64,000 nt of DNA from Candidatus Helarchaeota archaeon (GCA_019058315.1 JAHPZH010000002.1:1293910-1357909); one strand, 5' to 3'. Counted from the stretch's first letter, positions 1 through 9,877 are shown. Notes: generated by a model not told the origin, from the sequence alone. Numbers and translations are program-made.

Positions 1-270
1 CTCTAAGACTCCATATTCTGTATCTAAAATAGATTTCAAAACTCCACATAAAACTGTCGTAGTTCCCGAGGAATTCCAGTCCATTCCTGTTACACATGAT
101 AATGCTTGGAACCATAGTGGATTCGCAAGTCGTTTTAAGATTTCTTCAGAACCAAACTCTTCGTGTATAATTTTAAGAATTGCAGATGAGAGTTTCTTCA
201 TACGTATTAAAAGCCAATACGGTGCATGTCCTCCATGTAAGCGAAGATCGGTAATTCCACTTCTAATCAA
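1..270 (-). CDS. DUF763 family protein (N-terminal part, runs off window)
   Basis: Manual translation from TTG at 270: MIRSGITDLRLHGGHAPYWL...RLANPLWFQALSCVTGMDWNSSGTTT, the characteristic DUF763 N-terminus. Confidence 0.85.
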   Translation of the reverse strand, partial: MIRSGITDLRLHGGHAPYWLLIRMKKLSSAILKIIHEEFGSEEILKRLANPLWFQALSCVTGMDWNSSGTTTVLCGVLKSILDTEYGVLE

Positions 271-420
271 TTTTTCACTTCAGATTAAATCCTTTGAATT
301 TGAAATTTGAATTACTTAAAATGCGCATTTTTTAAAAATGAGTATAGACCTTGTGAAAAATAATATAAATTGTCAAAAAAGGGATTTGAAGTGTAATTGG
401 ATAAAAAAATTAAATATTGG

Positions 421-1197
421 TTAATCCGTCATCCCAATTCTACGTTTAAACCAATCTGGCATTGAAAAACAGACATAAAAAATAATTGCGGCAGGTACAT
501 AAAATATTTGGATAAATTGTAAGCTAGGATTTACTGATGCAACAAGAATGGCTATTGAAAAACATAAGATGCCCAGTCCCAACCAGATGGAACGGTTACT
601 GTGAGCTCTCTGTTCTCCTCGAACCTTTTTAGCATAATAAAAGAAGAGAGATATAGGAATTATTACAAATGGTACAAGACCTAAAGAACGTATTAACATA
701 AAATCTAACGAAAAATAAACTAAAAAATTAATGACTCTGCTATATGGAGGTCCTTGTACAGCTGCCCAAACACCAGTATATACCAAAATAGCTGATAGGA
801 TAAGTAATATAACTAATACAATTGTGTATCTTCTTGGAAAAGTTACCCGAATTGAAAATAAATTAACCAATAGAATACAAGAAAGGGCAAATAAATTTGT
901 AATTATTGTGCAAAGAATTCCAAGTCCTAATAATCCCCAATTTGTAAGACTAAACCTTACTAAGATTGCAAAAATAGCAGCGAATATTAAGCATATCATA
1001 CCTACTAGAAATAATAACGTTTCAATTAATTTATTTTCTTTATAGTTAGTATATAATGCATGGATTATACCAACTAAAAATATCCCACTAATTAATAATG
1101 AAAAAAGTGTAATAAGTTCGATTGGGGAACTTAAAATAGACGTGCCAAATATTTGATTAAAATAAAACTGGAGAGAATAAAACCAATCAACTGACAT
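421..1197 (-). CDS. 7-TM membrane protein, tandem paralog 1 of 5
   Basis: Seven hydrophobic segments; shares NLFSIRVTFP, HSNRSIWLGLGI and FSMPDWFKRRIG with four neighbours. Confidence 0.85.
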   Translation of the reverse strand: MSVDWFYSLQFYFNQIFGTSILSSPIELITLFSLLISGIFLVGIIHALYTNYKENKLIETLLFLVGMICLIFAAIFAILVRFSLTNWGLLGLGILCTIITNLFALSCILLVNLFSIRVTFPRRYTIVLVILLILSAILVYTGVWAAVQGPPYSRVINFLVYFSLDFMLIRSLGLVPFVIIPISLFFYYAKKVRGEQRAHSNRSIWLGLGILCFSIAILVASVNPSLQFIQIFYVPAAIIFYVCFSMPDWFKRRIGMTD

Positions 1198-1305
1198 TTT
1201 TTTACCTTCTCAATGATATATTAAATTGTATTAACTTTTTCAAAATATTTGATAGCATATATTTATTTTTTTCTAAAATACAAATTTATTAAAAATACAT
1301 ATAGA

Positions 1306-2097
1306 TTAATCAGTCCAGCCAATTCTACGTTTAAACCAATCTGGCATAGAAAAACAAACATAAAATATTATAGCGGCAGGAACAAATAGTATTTGAATAA
1401 GTTGTAACTTAGGGATTACTGTTGTAACCAGAATTGTTGTAGCAAAACATAATATGCCCAGTCCTAACCATATGGAGCGATTAGAGTGAGCCCTTTGCTC
1501 ACTTCGAACTTTTTTTGCATAATAGAAGAAGAGTGAAATTGGGATTATAGAAAAAGGTAAAAGGCAAAAAAAACGTATTAGCATAAATACTGGAGAAAAA
1601 ACAACTACAAAATCAATAACTCTTACATGTGGAGGTCCTTGAATAGCTGCCCAGAGACCGGAATATACCAAAATGGCTGAAAGAATAAGCAATATTACTA
1701 ATATATTTTTATATTTCTTTGGAAAAGTCACTCGAATTGAAAATAAATTAACCAATACAATACAAATCAAAACGATAATACCCATAATTACTGAAATAAG
1801 ATCTCCTAGCCCTCTTAAACCCCAATTTAATAAAATAAATCTTAATATGATTGCAAAAACAGAAGCGATTATTAAACATATCATACCTAATAAGAAAAAT
1901 AATGTCTCAATCAATTTATTCTTCATATAATTAATATATAATGCATGGATTATCCCCGCTAAAAATATCCCACTTATTAATAATGAAATAAGCGTAATAA
2001 GTTCTGCGGGGTTAATAGAAGAAGTCCCAAATATTTTATTAAAATAAAATTGTAGAGAATACCACCAATCAACTGCCATTTTTACCCTTTCACTCAA
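1306..2097 (-). CDS. 7-TM membrane protein, tandem paralog 2 of 5 (likely start MAVDW at 2079)
   Basis: Same motifs and length as neighbours. Confidence 0.85.
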   Translation of the reverse strand: MSERVKMAVDWWYSLQFYFNKIFGTSSINPAELITLISLLISGIFLAGIIHALYINYMKNKLIETLFFLLGMICLIIASVFAIILRFILLNWGLRGLGDLISVIMGIIVLICIVLVNLFSIRVTFPKKYKNILVILLILSAILVYSGLWAAIQGPPHVRVIDFVVVFSPVFMLIRFFCLLPFSIIPISLFFYYAKKVRSEQRAHSNRSIWLGLGILCFATTILVTTVIPKLQLIQILFVPAAIIFYVCFSMPDWFKRRIGWTD

Positions 2098-2180
2098 ATA
2101 TTAAATTCTAGATTATATACTTAGTATGAGTTATGAAAATATTAATTTTTTTATAATTATCATAAATTCCAGTCTACTAA

Positions 2181-2954
2181 TTAATCGATCCATCCAATTT
2201 TACGTTTAAACCATTCTGGCATAGAAAAACAAACATAGAAAATTAATGCAGAAGGAGCAAATAATACTTGAATAATTTGTAATCTGGGGAAAACTCCTGT
2301 TACCAAAACAGCTATATCAAAAAATAAAATACCTAATCCCAACCAGATGGAGCGGTTACTGTGAGCTCTTTTTTCCTCTCGAACTTTGTTAGCATAGTAA
2401 AAGAAAAGTGCTATTGGAATTATAGAATATGGTAAGAGACAAAAAAAACGTATTAAGGTTAACTCTAAAGTAAAAAAAACTAGAAAATCGACGACTCTGA
2501 CATAGGGAAATCCTTGGAAAGCTGCCCAAAGACCAGTATACAGCATAATAGCCGAAAGAACAAGTAGAATCACTAATACAATTTTATATCTCCTTGGAAA
2601 TGTCACACGAATTGAAAATAAATTAACTAGTACAATACAAGTCAGAACGAAAAGATTCATACCTAGTGTAAAAAGATCTCCAAGCCCTCTTAAACCCCAG
2701 TCTCTATAAGCAAATCTTAATAATATTGCAAAAACAGAACCAATTATCAGAAAAATCATCGCATATAAAAAAAGTAAAGTTTCTATCAATTTATTCTTCT
2801 TATAGGTTGTATATAATGCATGAATTATTCCAATTAATAAAATCCCACTTACTGATAATGTAACAAGTGAAATTAATTCTATTGGGTCAGTAGAAGAAGT
2901 CCCAAACAGTTTATTAAAATAAAATTGTACAGAATAGAACCAATCATCAGCCAT
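2181..2954 (-). CDS. 7-TM membrane protein, tandem paralog 3 of 5
   Basis: Same motifs and length as neighbours. Confidence 0.85.
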   Translation of the reverse strand: MADDWFYSVQFYFNKLFGTSSTDPIELISLVTLSVSGILLIGIIHALYTTYKKNKLIETLLFLYAMIFLIIGSVFAILLRFAYRDWGLRGLGDLFTLGMNLFVLTCIVLVNLFSIRVTFPRRYKIVLVILLVLSAIMLYTGLWAAFQGFPYVRVVDFLVFFTLELTLIRFFCLLPYSIIPIALFFYYANKVREEKRAHSNRSIWLGLGILFFDIAVLVTGVFPRLQIIQVLFAPSALIFYVCFSMPEWFKRKIGWID

Positions 2955-3053
2955 TTTTTTTCCTTCTCACTCTATAATTAAAATTGATATTATAATCGAA
3001 ATGATTATTCTGAAATATTAATTTTTTCATATGGATAAAGAAGTAAAAAGTGA

Positions 3054-3839
3054 TTAATCAGTCCATCCAATTTTACGTTTAAACCAATCAGGCATAGAAA
3101 AACAGATATAAAAAATAATGGCGGCTGGTACATACATTACTTGGATAAGTTGGAATCTGGGGTAAGCTGTTGCAACTACAATGGCTATAGAAAAACACAA
3201 TATGCCTAATCCCAACCAAATGGAGAGGTTACTATGAGATCTTTGCTCTTCTCGAACTTTTTTAGCATGATAGAAGAAAAGCGATATTGGAATTATGGAA
3301 AATGACACAAGACCAATAACACGTATTAATGTAATTACTGGAGAAAAAACAAGTCCAAAATCAACAACTTGGCTATGTGGAGGTCCTTCAAGAGTTGCCC
3401 AAAAACCAGTATATACCAAAATACCAAATAAAACAAGTAATATCCCTAAAAAGAATTTATATCTTTTAGGAAAAGTCACACGAATTGAAAATAAATTAAC
3501 CAATGTAACACAAATTAAAATGGAAACACTCATAAGTATTGATAAAATATCTCCAAGCCCTTTTAAACCCAAATTTTCATAAATAAATCTCAATACAATT
3601 GCAGAAACTGCTCCGATTATCAAAAAAAACATAGCAATTAAAAAGAATAAAGTTTCAATCAATTCATTTTTTTTATAGCTTTGATATAACGCATGGATAA
3701 TCCCAATTAAAAAAATCCCACTTACAATTAATGAAACAAGCGTAAGCATTGAGAATGGGTCAGAATAACTAATTATTTGATTGAAATAAAATTGAAGAGA
3801 ATACTGCCAATCAATAGCCATTTTTATCTTCACCTTCAT
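3054..3839 (-). CDS. 7-TM membrane protein, tandem paralog 4 of 5 (likely start MAIDW at 3821)
   Basis: Same motifs and length as neighbours. Confidence 0.85.
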   Translation of the reverse strand: MKVKIKMAIDWQYSLQFYFNQIISYSDPFSMLTLVSLIVSGIFLIGIIHALYQSYKKNELIETLFFLIAMFFLIIGAVSAIVLRFIYENLGLKGLGDILSILMSVSILICVTLVNLFSIRVTFPKRYKFFLGILLVLFGILVYTGFWATLEGPPHSQVVDFGLVFSPVITLIRVIGLVSFSIIPISLFFYHAKKVREEQRSHSNLSIWLGLGILCFSIAIVVATAYPRFQLIQVMYVPAAIIFYICFSMPDWFKRKIGWTD

Positions 3840-3867
3840 TTTTTAATTTTTATATTAATAGATATAA

Positions 3868-4641
3868 TCATTCGACCCAGCCAATTCTTTTTTTAAACCA
3901 ATCCGGCATGGAAAAACAAACATAAAATATTAGAGCCGCAGGAACAAAAAATACTTGAATAAATTGAAATATGGGGATAATTGCTACTACCAGAATGGGT
4001 ATAACAAAACATAGTATACCCAATCCTAACCAGATGGAGCGATTGCTATGAGCTCTTTGCTCTTGTCGAACTTTTTTAGCATAATAGAAGAAAAGAGACA
4101 TTGGAATAATAGAAAATGGTAAGAGACAAAAAAAACGTATTAACATATACTCTATAGAATAAACAACTACAAAATCAACAACTCTGATATATGGAAATCC
4201 TTGATCAGATGCCAAAAGAGCAGTATATACCATGATAGCTGAAAGAATAAGCAATATTACTAATATATTTTTATATTTCTTTGGAAAAGTCACTCGAATT
4301 GAAAATAAATTAACCAATATAAAACAAGTTAAAACAGAAATATTCATGATAAATGTAAGAAAATCTCCTAGTCCTCTTAAGCCCCAATTTCTATAAGCAA
4401 ACCTCACTAATATTGCTAAAACAGACCCAATTATCAAAAAAATCATCCCATATAAAAAAAGTAACGTTTCTATCAATTTATTCTTCTTATAGGTTGTATA
4501 TAATGCATGAATTATCCCAATTAATAAAATCCCACTCACAGATAATGAAACAAGCGAAATAAGTTCTATTGGGTTAACAGTAGAAGTCCCAAATATCTTA
4601 ACAAAATAAAATTGTACAGAATAGAACCAATCATCAGCCAT
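3868..4641 (-). CDS. 7-TM membrane protein, tandem paralog 5 of 5
   Basis: Same motifs and length as neighbours. Confidence 0.85.
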   Translation of the reverse strand: MADDWFYSVQFYFVKIFGTSTVNPIELISLVSLSVSGILLIGIIHALYTTYKKNKLIETLLFLYGMIFLIIGSVLAILVRFAYRNWGLRGLGDFLTFIMNISVLTCFILVNLFSIRVTFPKKYKNILVILLILSAIMVYTALLASDQGFPYIRVVDFVVVYSIEYMLIRFFCLLPFSIIPMSLFFYYAKKVRQEQRAHSNRSIWLGLGILCFVIPILVVAIIPIFQFIQVFFVPAALIFYVCFSMPDWFKKRIGWVE

Positions 4642-4814
4642 TTTTTTTTCCTTCTCTCACAAATTAAATTAGATATTATATTTGAAATAAAGAGTATGTA
4701 ATATTAAATTTTTTTATTGATATAATGGAAAATAAAACAAGAAATATAAATAAGAAAATGAATTTTATAGTAAAAAATGTAAAAAAATTAGAAAATTACT
4801 AAAAATTTTAATTG

Positions 4815-4843
4815 ATTTAAAAAAATAAAATAAAAAAAGAGTT
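4815..4843 (-). terminator. Probable archaeal oligo-T terminator of the cdh operon
   Basis: T-runs (CTCTTTTTTTATTTTATTTTTT on the - strand) directly after the cdhE stop. Confidence 0.45.
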
Positions 4844-6319
4844 TTACTCTTGCATTTCCTTCCATTGGGCCATTAATTTATCGAGATCCCAATATTTTTT
4901 CATTAAATCTGGAATTCCAGAGGAATCACGAGGTCCTACAAGAACTTTCCAATTTGCCAGACTTTCTAGTTCGCCAGAAATACGGGCAGCTAAGCCAGGG
5001 ATTATAATAATTTTATGCTCTACTTTATCTGCTAATCCAACTTCTTTAATTGCCTCTGCTACTTTTCCAGCATTCATTTGTCCTCCTGCAACAGAAGATT
5101 CTACTGAAATTCCTTCTGTATCAACAATTAGTAGCCATGCATTGATTTTCATATCTTTTAAGTCTGATTCGACAGTATAGTAGGTCATAGTGTAGTTAGA
5201 GGTCATAAAGACGGGATCTTTAGGACCGGGAGATCCTATTTCATACAATTTAGCATCTACTGCGGGGTTTATACGTGGATCAGCGTAAATATTATCTTTT
5301 ATTACCAGCATTGCTAGTTGAAACCAAATGTCTTCTGTATGTTGAATAAGCAAATTACAGGCATTAGATATCAATAATGTAGCAAGTTTTCCCTCTTCAT
5401 AAGCCAAAGCAATACGTTCGCCTTCTGAGATGTCCTTTTTCTTTCCAATCCATACCGTAGCTGTTACTCCTATAGTTGGCCAACCAATATCCTTATCCCC
5501 TTTATGAATAGCTGCTTTCTTTAGCATCATGTGTTTATTATAAGTATCCGCAACAATACCTTCTCCTGCACATGTTCCTGGATCGAGAGCAATTTTTTCT
5601 ACTCCACCCATGGCTAAGCTTTTTGCTATACTTTTCAGCTCGTTTAAATCCTCTGAAAAAACTACAACTCCACAATTATACGTTAATGCTAGCTTTCCAA
5701 CTTCTTCCCAATTATCCTTTGTTGCTGTATATATTAATGGGTTTTTCCCTTTTGCTGCTTCCAATCCCGCTTTGAGAACATCTGGATTAAGTGAACAAAG
5801 AATCATAGGTAAATCTGCGGCTTTCATGCATGTCTTTACAGCATTTGCAAATGTGTTTGGATTATTTGATCTACCTCTTAAAGCAATCCCTTGAAGATAG
5901 AAATTTTGTCCCAAACGATATATTGTAAAATCCTTTATGAATTTCGCTTTCCTTGTTATTTCTGCTTCATCATCATCATCTGCAACGTCTAAGAAAATAG
6001 GGGTTTTCTTATAATAGGTAAGTTCGTGGCGGTACATTACTTCCTCTCCTCCAATTTCAATTGTTGAATCACCTGAACCAATCGTTACGGAACGTATTGG
6101 AGGAGTTACTAAATCTTTCAGGCTTTTTAGTTTTTTTGCATATTTTTTATCTTTTATTAGGGGTTTGCAGTCTTCGATTTTTACTTGATGATCTAACAAT
6201 TTCACAGCGAAAGCCATACATGTTTCTTCCCCGCATTCTTTGCAATTAGTAGCTGGTAAATATTTTACGACTTGAATAGGTGATGTTTTAGGCATTTTTA
6301 GACCTCCATTGAAATCCAA
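4844..6319 (-). CDS. cdhE: ACDS complex gamma subunit (corrinoid Fe-S protein large subunit); likely start MPKTS at 6295
   Basis: N-terminal NCKECGEETCMAFA...CKP 4Fe-4S motif; TSNYTMTYYTVESD and IIPGLAA corrinoid-domain motifs; operon position. Confidence 0.96.
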   Translation of the reverse strand: MDFNGGLKMPKTSPIQVVKYLPATNCKECGEETCMAFAVKLLDHQVKIEDCKPLIKDKKYAKKLKSLKDLVTPPIRSVTIGSGDSTIEIGGEEVMYRHELTYYKKTPIFLDVADDDDEAEITRKAKFIKDFTIYRLGQNFYLQGIALRGRSNNPNTFANAVKTCMKAADLPMILCSLNPDVLKAGLEAAKGKNPLIYTATKDNWEEVGKLALTYNCGVVVFSEDLNELKSIAKSLAMGGVEKIALDPGTCAGEGIVADTYNKHMMLKKAAIHKGDKDIGWPTIGVTATVWIGKKKDISEGERIALAYEEGKLATLLISNACNLLIQHTEDIWFQLAMLVIKDNIYADPRINPAVDAKLYEIGSPGPKDPVFMTSNYTMTYYTVESDLKDMKINAWLLIVDTEGISVESSVAGGQMNAGKVAEAIKEVGLADKVEHKIIIIPGLAARISGELESLANWKVLVGPRDSSGIPDLMKKYWDLDKLMAQWKEMQE

Positions 6320-7593
6320 TCAGTAAGGTTTGGTTTTGATGCTTTTGAAGTAGAGGTTAATTCCTGAATTATTTGTTTAAATGACTTAATAGCTCCAGGA
6401 TGTAACATCATTGCTACATTTAATCCTGCTAAACAAAGCCCAAATGCAGTAATAACTTCCCATAAAGGACCACGATATTCAACAGGGCCCCATTCTGGTT
6501 TCTTTTTTTGAGATAAAAATGCTTCTCTAGCACCCCATGCATTAGTTGTTCCTCCACTCATAGGACATTGAAGGTTTTCTTCTCCTTTCAAAGCTGCTAA
6601 TCGAATTCTTTGATATATACTAAAACTGAACTGCCAACCATAACCTAGAGGTGCAGTAGTCGGATCTATAACGATATGATCTTTTGATAAGCCCATATCA
6701 ATTATTTCTTGGTTCAGTTTCTTTGCAGCATTTAAATCGAGTGAAGTAAACGCAAGCACATTATGATCATATTTCTTAGCTATTGGCACAATTTTTTCAA
6801 ATGTGTCATCTTCAGCAGAACTTAGCATAAAACGCTCAGCTTCTGACACTTCTGCACATTTTTCGAAGACTTCGATGTCCATTACTTTATTTCCTGAACC
6901 ACCAATAACTATTGGAACCTTGACTGCTTGCATTACGTCTTCTAAATTTTTTGCAGCCCATTTTGCAGATTTTTTTCCTCCTAACTTTTCTGGTATAGTT
7001 GGATCTGTTCCTATATTGTGCATTGTTACCATTTGTGCACCATATTTCTCAACAGCTAATTTAGCCCATTCAGCTGGACTTTCGCTTATGTCTGGATCTA
7101 GATAATGCATTTTAACAGGTTTCGCTAGACGTAAGAAAGTTTCTCTCTTTTTAGTATGGATGGGAATATCGAACACATCTGCAGTAACTACGGGTGGATT
7201 GGGCATTCCAGCCTCAAAATTATAAAATGGTGGTGCTTTTTCTCCACCAAGCTTCACTACTTGCCCACCTTTACCTGAGCGTCTGAATTCGACTACCGAA
7301 ATTTCGCCAGGATATTTTTCTGCGGGTGACTCAAAAACTGCTTTTTGAAGTAACATAGCTTTAAGAAGTGGTTGTGCAGTTGGTATTCCTGCCATGGATT
7401 GTAATAACATTCCTGAAAAAGTTTGTGTCCCAATTTGTAGAGTTACAGGAACTTGTGGAGGAACTCCACCTCCACCCATTTGAATCTCGAACCCAATTTG
7501 ATCTGCATCGATGAATACATCTTTGAGGGTAATTTCTTCTGCATCTTTAAATAATTCTTTTAATTTTTTTGGTAGGTCTTCCATATTTTTCAA
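6298..7593 (-). CDS. cdhD: ACDS complex delta subunit (CFeSP small subunit)
   Basis: VKLGGEK..PFY.FE, PIVIGGSGN, IVIDPTTAPLGYG, NAWGAREA, RGPLWE motifs. Confidence 0.95.
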   Translation of the reverse strand: MKNMEDLPKKLKELFKDAEEITLKDVFIDADQIGFEIQMGGGGVPPQVPVTLQIGTQTFSGMLLQSMAGIPTAQPLLKAMLLQKAVFESPAEKYPGEISVVEFRRSGKGGQVVKLGGEKAPPFYNFEAGMPNPPVVTADVFDIPIHTKKRETFLRLAKPVKMHYLDPDISESPAEWAKLAVEKYGAQMVTMHNIGTDPTIPEKLGGKKSAKWAAKNLEDVMQAVKVPIVIGGSGNKVMDIEVFEKCAEVSEAERFMLSSAEDDTFEKIVPIAKKYDHNVLAFTSLDLNAAKKLNQEIIDMGLSKDHIVIDPTTAPLGYGWQFSFSIYQRIRLAALKGEENLQCPMSGGTTNAWGAREAFLSQKKKPEWGPVEYRGPLWEVITAFGLCLAGLNVAMMLHPGAIKSFKQIIQELTSTSKASKPNLTDWISMEV

Positions 7594-7646
7594 CCTTCAT
7601 TTATTGAAGTTATTCTTTTTTACGAACTTCCATAATTTTTCATTCC

Positions 7647-7856
7647 TTACTTTTTGCCTTTTTCTGGAAATAATGGTTTTTCTTCACTAGTTAATAAATT
7701 AATCAAGAGGTCGGTAGGAAGTTCTCCGGCCCCTTCACCAGTAACTTCAAGTTCGACCGCATCTGCATGAATTATCAGTTTTTTTAAGACAATTTCATCA
7801 GACTCTTGAAGTAATTCTTCGAATAACTCCGTAACTTCTTCCATAGAAATTCCCAA
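7647..7856 (-). CDS. Small acidic protein homologous to the CdhD N-terminal and CdhC C-terminal peptides (likely ATG at 7844)
   Basis: EIVLKKLIIHADAVELEV matches CdhD EITLKDVFIDADQIGFEI; fills the cdhC-cdhD gap on the same strand. Confidence 0.7.
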   Translation of the reverse strand: MGISMEEVTELFEELLQESDEIVLKKLIIHADAVELEVTGEGAGELPTDLLINLLTSEEKPLFPEKGKK

Positions 7857-9296
7857 CTATTTCTTTTTCTTCTTTTTAGGTTCAATTCGTTTAATGATTA
7901 GTTCCTCTGCAGTAATGCGTGCACCTTTAAGGATAATTTTCCATCCACCAGTAGCAGCAGGAGCCATTGGAACTCCCATAGGCATCTGAACACCAGTTGG
8001 AACCATCGTAGGGGTTACTACTTCTTCCTCTTCTTCTTCTTCCTCCTCTTCAACCCAACCTTTAACAACTGGGTGATTTTTTGATTTAAGAAAATCTTTT
8101 AAGGAATCAAGATCTGTGGTGTCAGCCTCAGTCGCTATTTTATCTACAACATCTGCGGGAATATCATCTTTAACGCGATCTTTAATATGAGAAGGCATCC
8201 ATACAACTCTATTCCAACCACCATCAGCTTGGAAGAATTTGGGAGAACGCATATATTCTACGCCGATTCCAACGAATCCTTCAATTTGTTTACCACCACC
8301 TGTCGAGTTTGCCATAGTGGAGAAGGGTAATCCATTAACCGCAGCTCCCTTAAAGTTTCTATCAACTATACCAACACCATCGACTTCAGGAATATAGAAG
8401 GCGATTGCTTCAAAACATCCACAAGATGTGTGATTATAGGGACTAAGGATTGTATGTAAATGTACTCTTTCTACTTCTCCAAGAGATTTTTTCTTTGCGG
8501 CTTCATTAATTCCACTCCACTCTCCTTTAATGTCATCTAAACACTCGCCCTTTTCAATCAGGAAATTTGGACCTTTTGGATCAACTTTTGCGGCAGCTCG
8601 AGCATCAAACCAGCTTATTGAACCACATAAAGCGATTCTGCCAGGCGTGATAGTACAAACATGCGAGGGTGCGAAACTGCTACAAAGAACACAACCATAA
8701 AACTCATTTACATCGTCATCAGTAATACTTCGGGCTCGCTCATCTCTCGTCTTATAGACTTTCATTGCTTTATCAAATTCAGGTTTAATTTTGCTCGGAT
8801 CTGTAATAATGGTAACTTGAATCTTTTCAATTACTTTTTCAAACTCCGATTTATACAAATGAATTAAACCTTCGCCCCACCATTTCAACGTATTAAACCC
8901 TTTCTTATAACTTGCCTTTGAAAGTCTCATCCAAATATCATAACGTTGGTTGAGATGCATCATTCCTTCAATGAAATTACTAAATTCATGGATTCTCCTT
9001 TCAAAAACTGATTCAAGGTCTCTTTCGACTTGTTTTCCTGCTACTTCAACAATGATCCCAACAGGATATGATTTTCCTTCTTCCATATCTTTCAAATCAG
9101 GACCTATGATAGTAATTTTTCCATCTTGAACTTCATTCATTTTACGTGCTTGAACAAGCTCAAATTTATCGCCGACTTTAGGTCCGCCCAATTCCACTTG
9201 CATTTGTTTTCCTCTAATTCTTTCACCTTCATAAACTAATCCAACGTCAACAGGAAAATTTTCCCATTTAATTTCAGCTTCTGTCATATTATTCAC
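7857..9296 (-). CDS. cdhC: ACDS complex beta subunit (acetyl-CoA synthase)
   Basis: YEGERIR, FYGCVLCSSFAPSHVC, HTSCGCFE A-cluster motifs; poly-Glu linker. Confidence 0.97.
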   Translation of the reverse strand: MNNMTEAEIKWENFPVDVGLVYEGERIRGKQMQVELGGPKVGDKFELVQARKMNEVQDGKITIIGPDLKDMEEGKSYPVGIIVEVAGKQVERDLESVFERRIHEFSNFIEGMMHLNQRYDIWMRLSKASYKKGFNTLKWWGEGLIHLYKSEFEKVIEKIQVTIITDPSKIKPEFDKAMKVYKTRDERARSITDDDVNEFYGCVLCSSFAPSHVCTITPGRIALCGSISWFDARAAAKVDPKGPNFLIEKGECLDDIKGEWSGINEAAKKKSLGEVERVHLHTILSPYNHTSCGCFEAIAFYIPEVDGVGIVDRNFKGAAVNGLPFSTMANSTGGGKQIEGFVGIGVEYMRSPKFFQADGGWNRVVWMPSHIKDRVKDDIPADVVDKIATEADTTDLDSLKDFLKSKNHPVVKGWVEEEEEEEEEEVVTPTMVPTGVQMPMGVPMAPAATGGWKIILKGARITAEELIIKRIEPKKKKKK

Positions 9297-9322
9297 CTTT
9301 TTTTATTAATCTCCTTATTTGA

Positions 9323-9877
9323 TTATTTTATAATCTCATTTATAATTTCATTTATTGCAGTTTTATACTCATCTTTTTTCAAATTCGCAAGACTGTATGT
9401 TGCGGTAGGAAAATAAAATCGATCTAGACTAATTGTTTTTAGGTGTTTATAGGCATAATTCTTGAGAGCATTCAAAAGTGTTACTTGTAAATTATAAATA
9501 ATGCAACAATATACTGCAAAATCATATTGTCCTTTACCATCGATTCCTTTCCAGTCAGGATCAGCCAATCTATTTGTAATATTATTAGAATCGGTAATCC
9601 AAGATGGTTTAAATCCCTTTTCTATGAAATATTTCGAAGAATGAGCAGTTGCTACAATTGGAATTCCTTTTTTCCCTACTTCGATGATTAAATCGATCAT
9701 CTGTTTTCCATTACCTACGTCATTTAATAATCCTTCAACACCAATTACAAAAATAGGTCGTTTCGCTTTTGCTATCATTTTACCTAAAGCTATAGGCTTT
9801 GCCATAGGTGTTCCAGCAGTTGGTCCAACTACAGCATTTGGTTGCCAAGGTTTTACTTTATACATTTCATTATACAC
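9323..9877 (-). CDS. cdhB: ACDS complex epsilon subunit
   Basis: KMIAKAKRP, DPDWKGIDGKGQYD motifs; position between cdhA and cdhC. Confidence 0.92.
   Translation of the reverse strand: MYNEMYKVKPWQPNAVVGPTAGTPMAKPIALGKMIAKAKRPIFVIGVEGLLNDVGNGKQMIDLIIEVGKKGIPIVATAHSSKYFIEKGFKPSWITDSNNITNRLADPDWKGIDGKGQYDFAVYCCIIYNLQVTLLNALKNYAYKHLKTISLDRFYFPTATYSLANLKKDEYKTAINEIINEIIK

Noticed and set aside
421-4641. Microbial rhodopsins or heliorhodopsins
   Set aside because: No retinal-binding Lys in TM7 and no rhodopsin helix-C motif
8020-8052. Poly-Glu (GAA/GAG) run in cdhC as a contingency repeat
   Set aside because: An acidic linker is a normal feature of archaeal CdhC, and the codons are mixed
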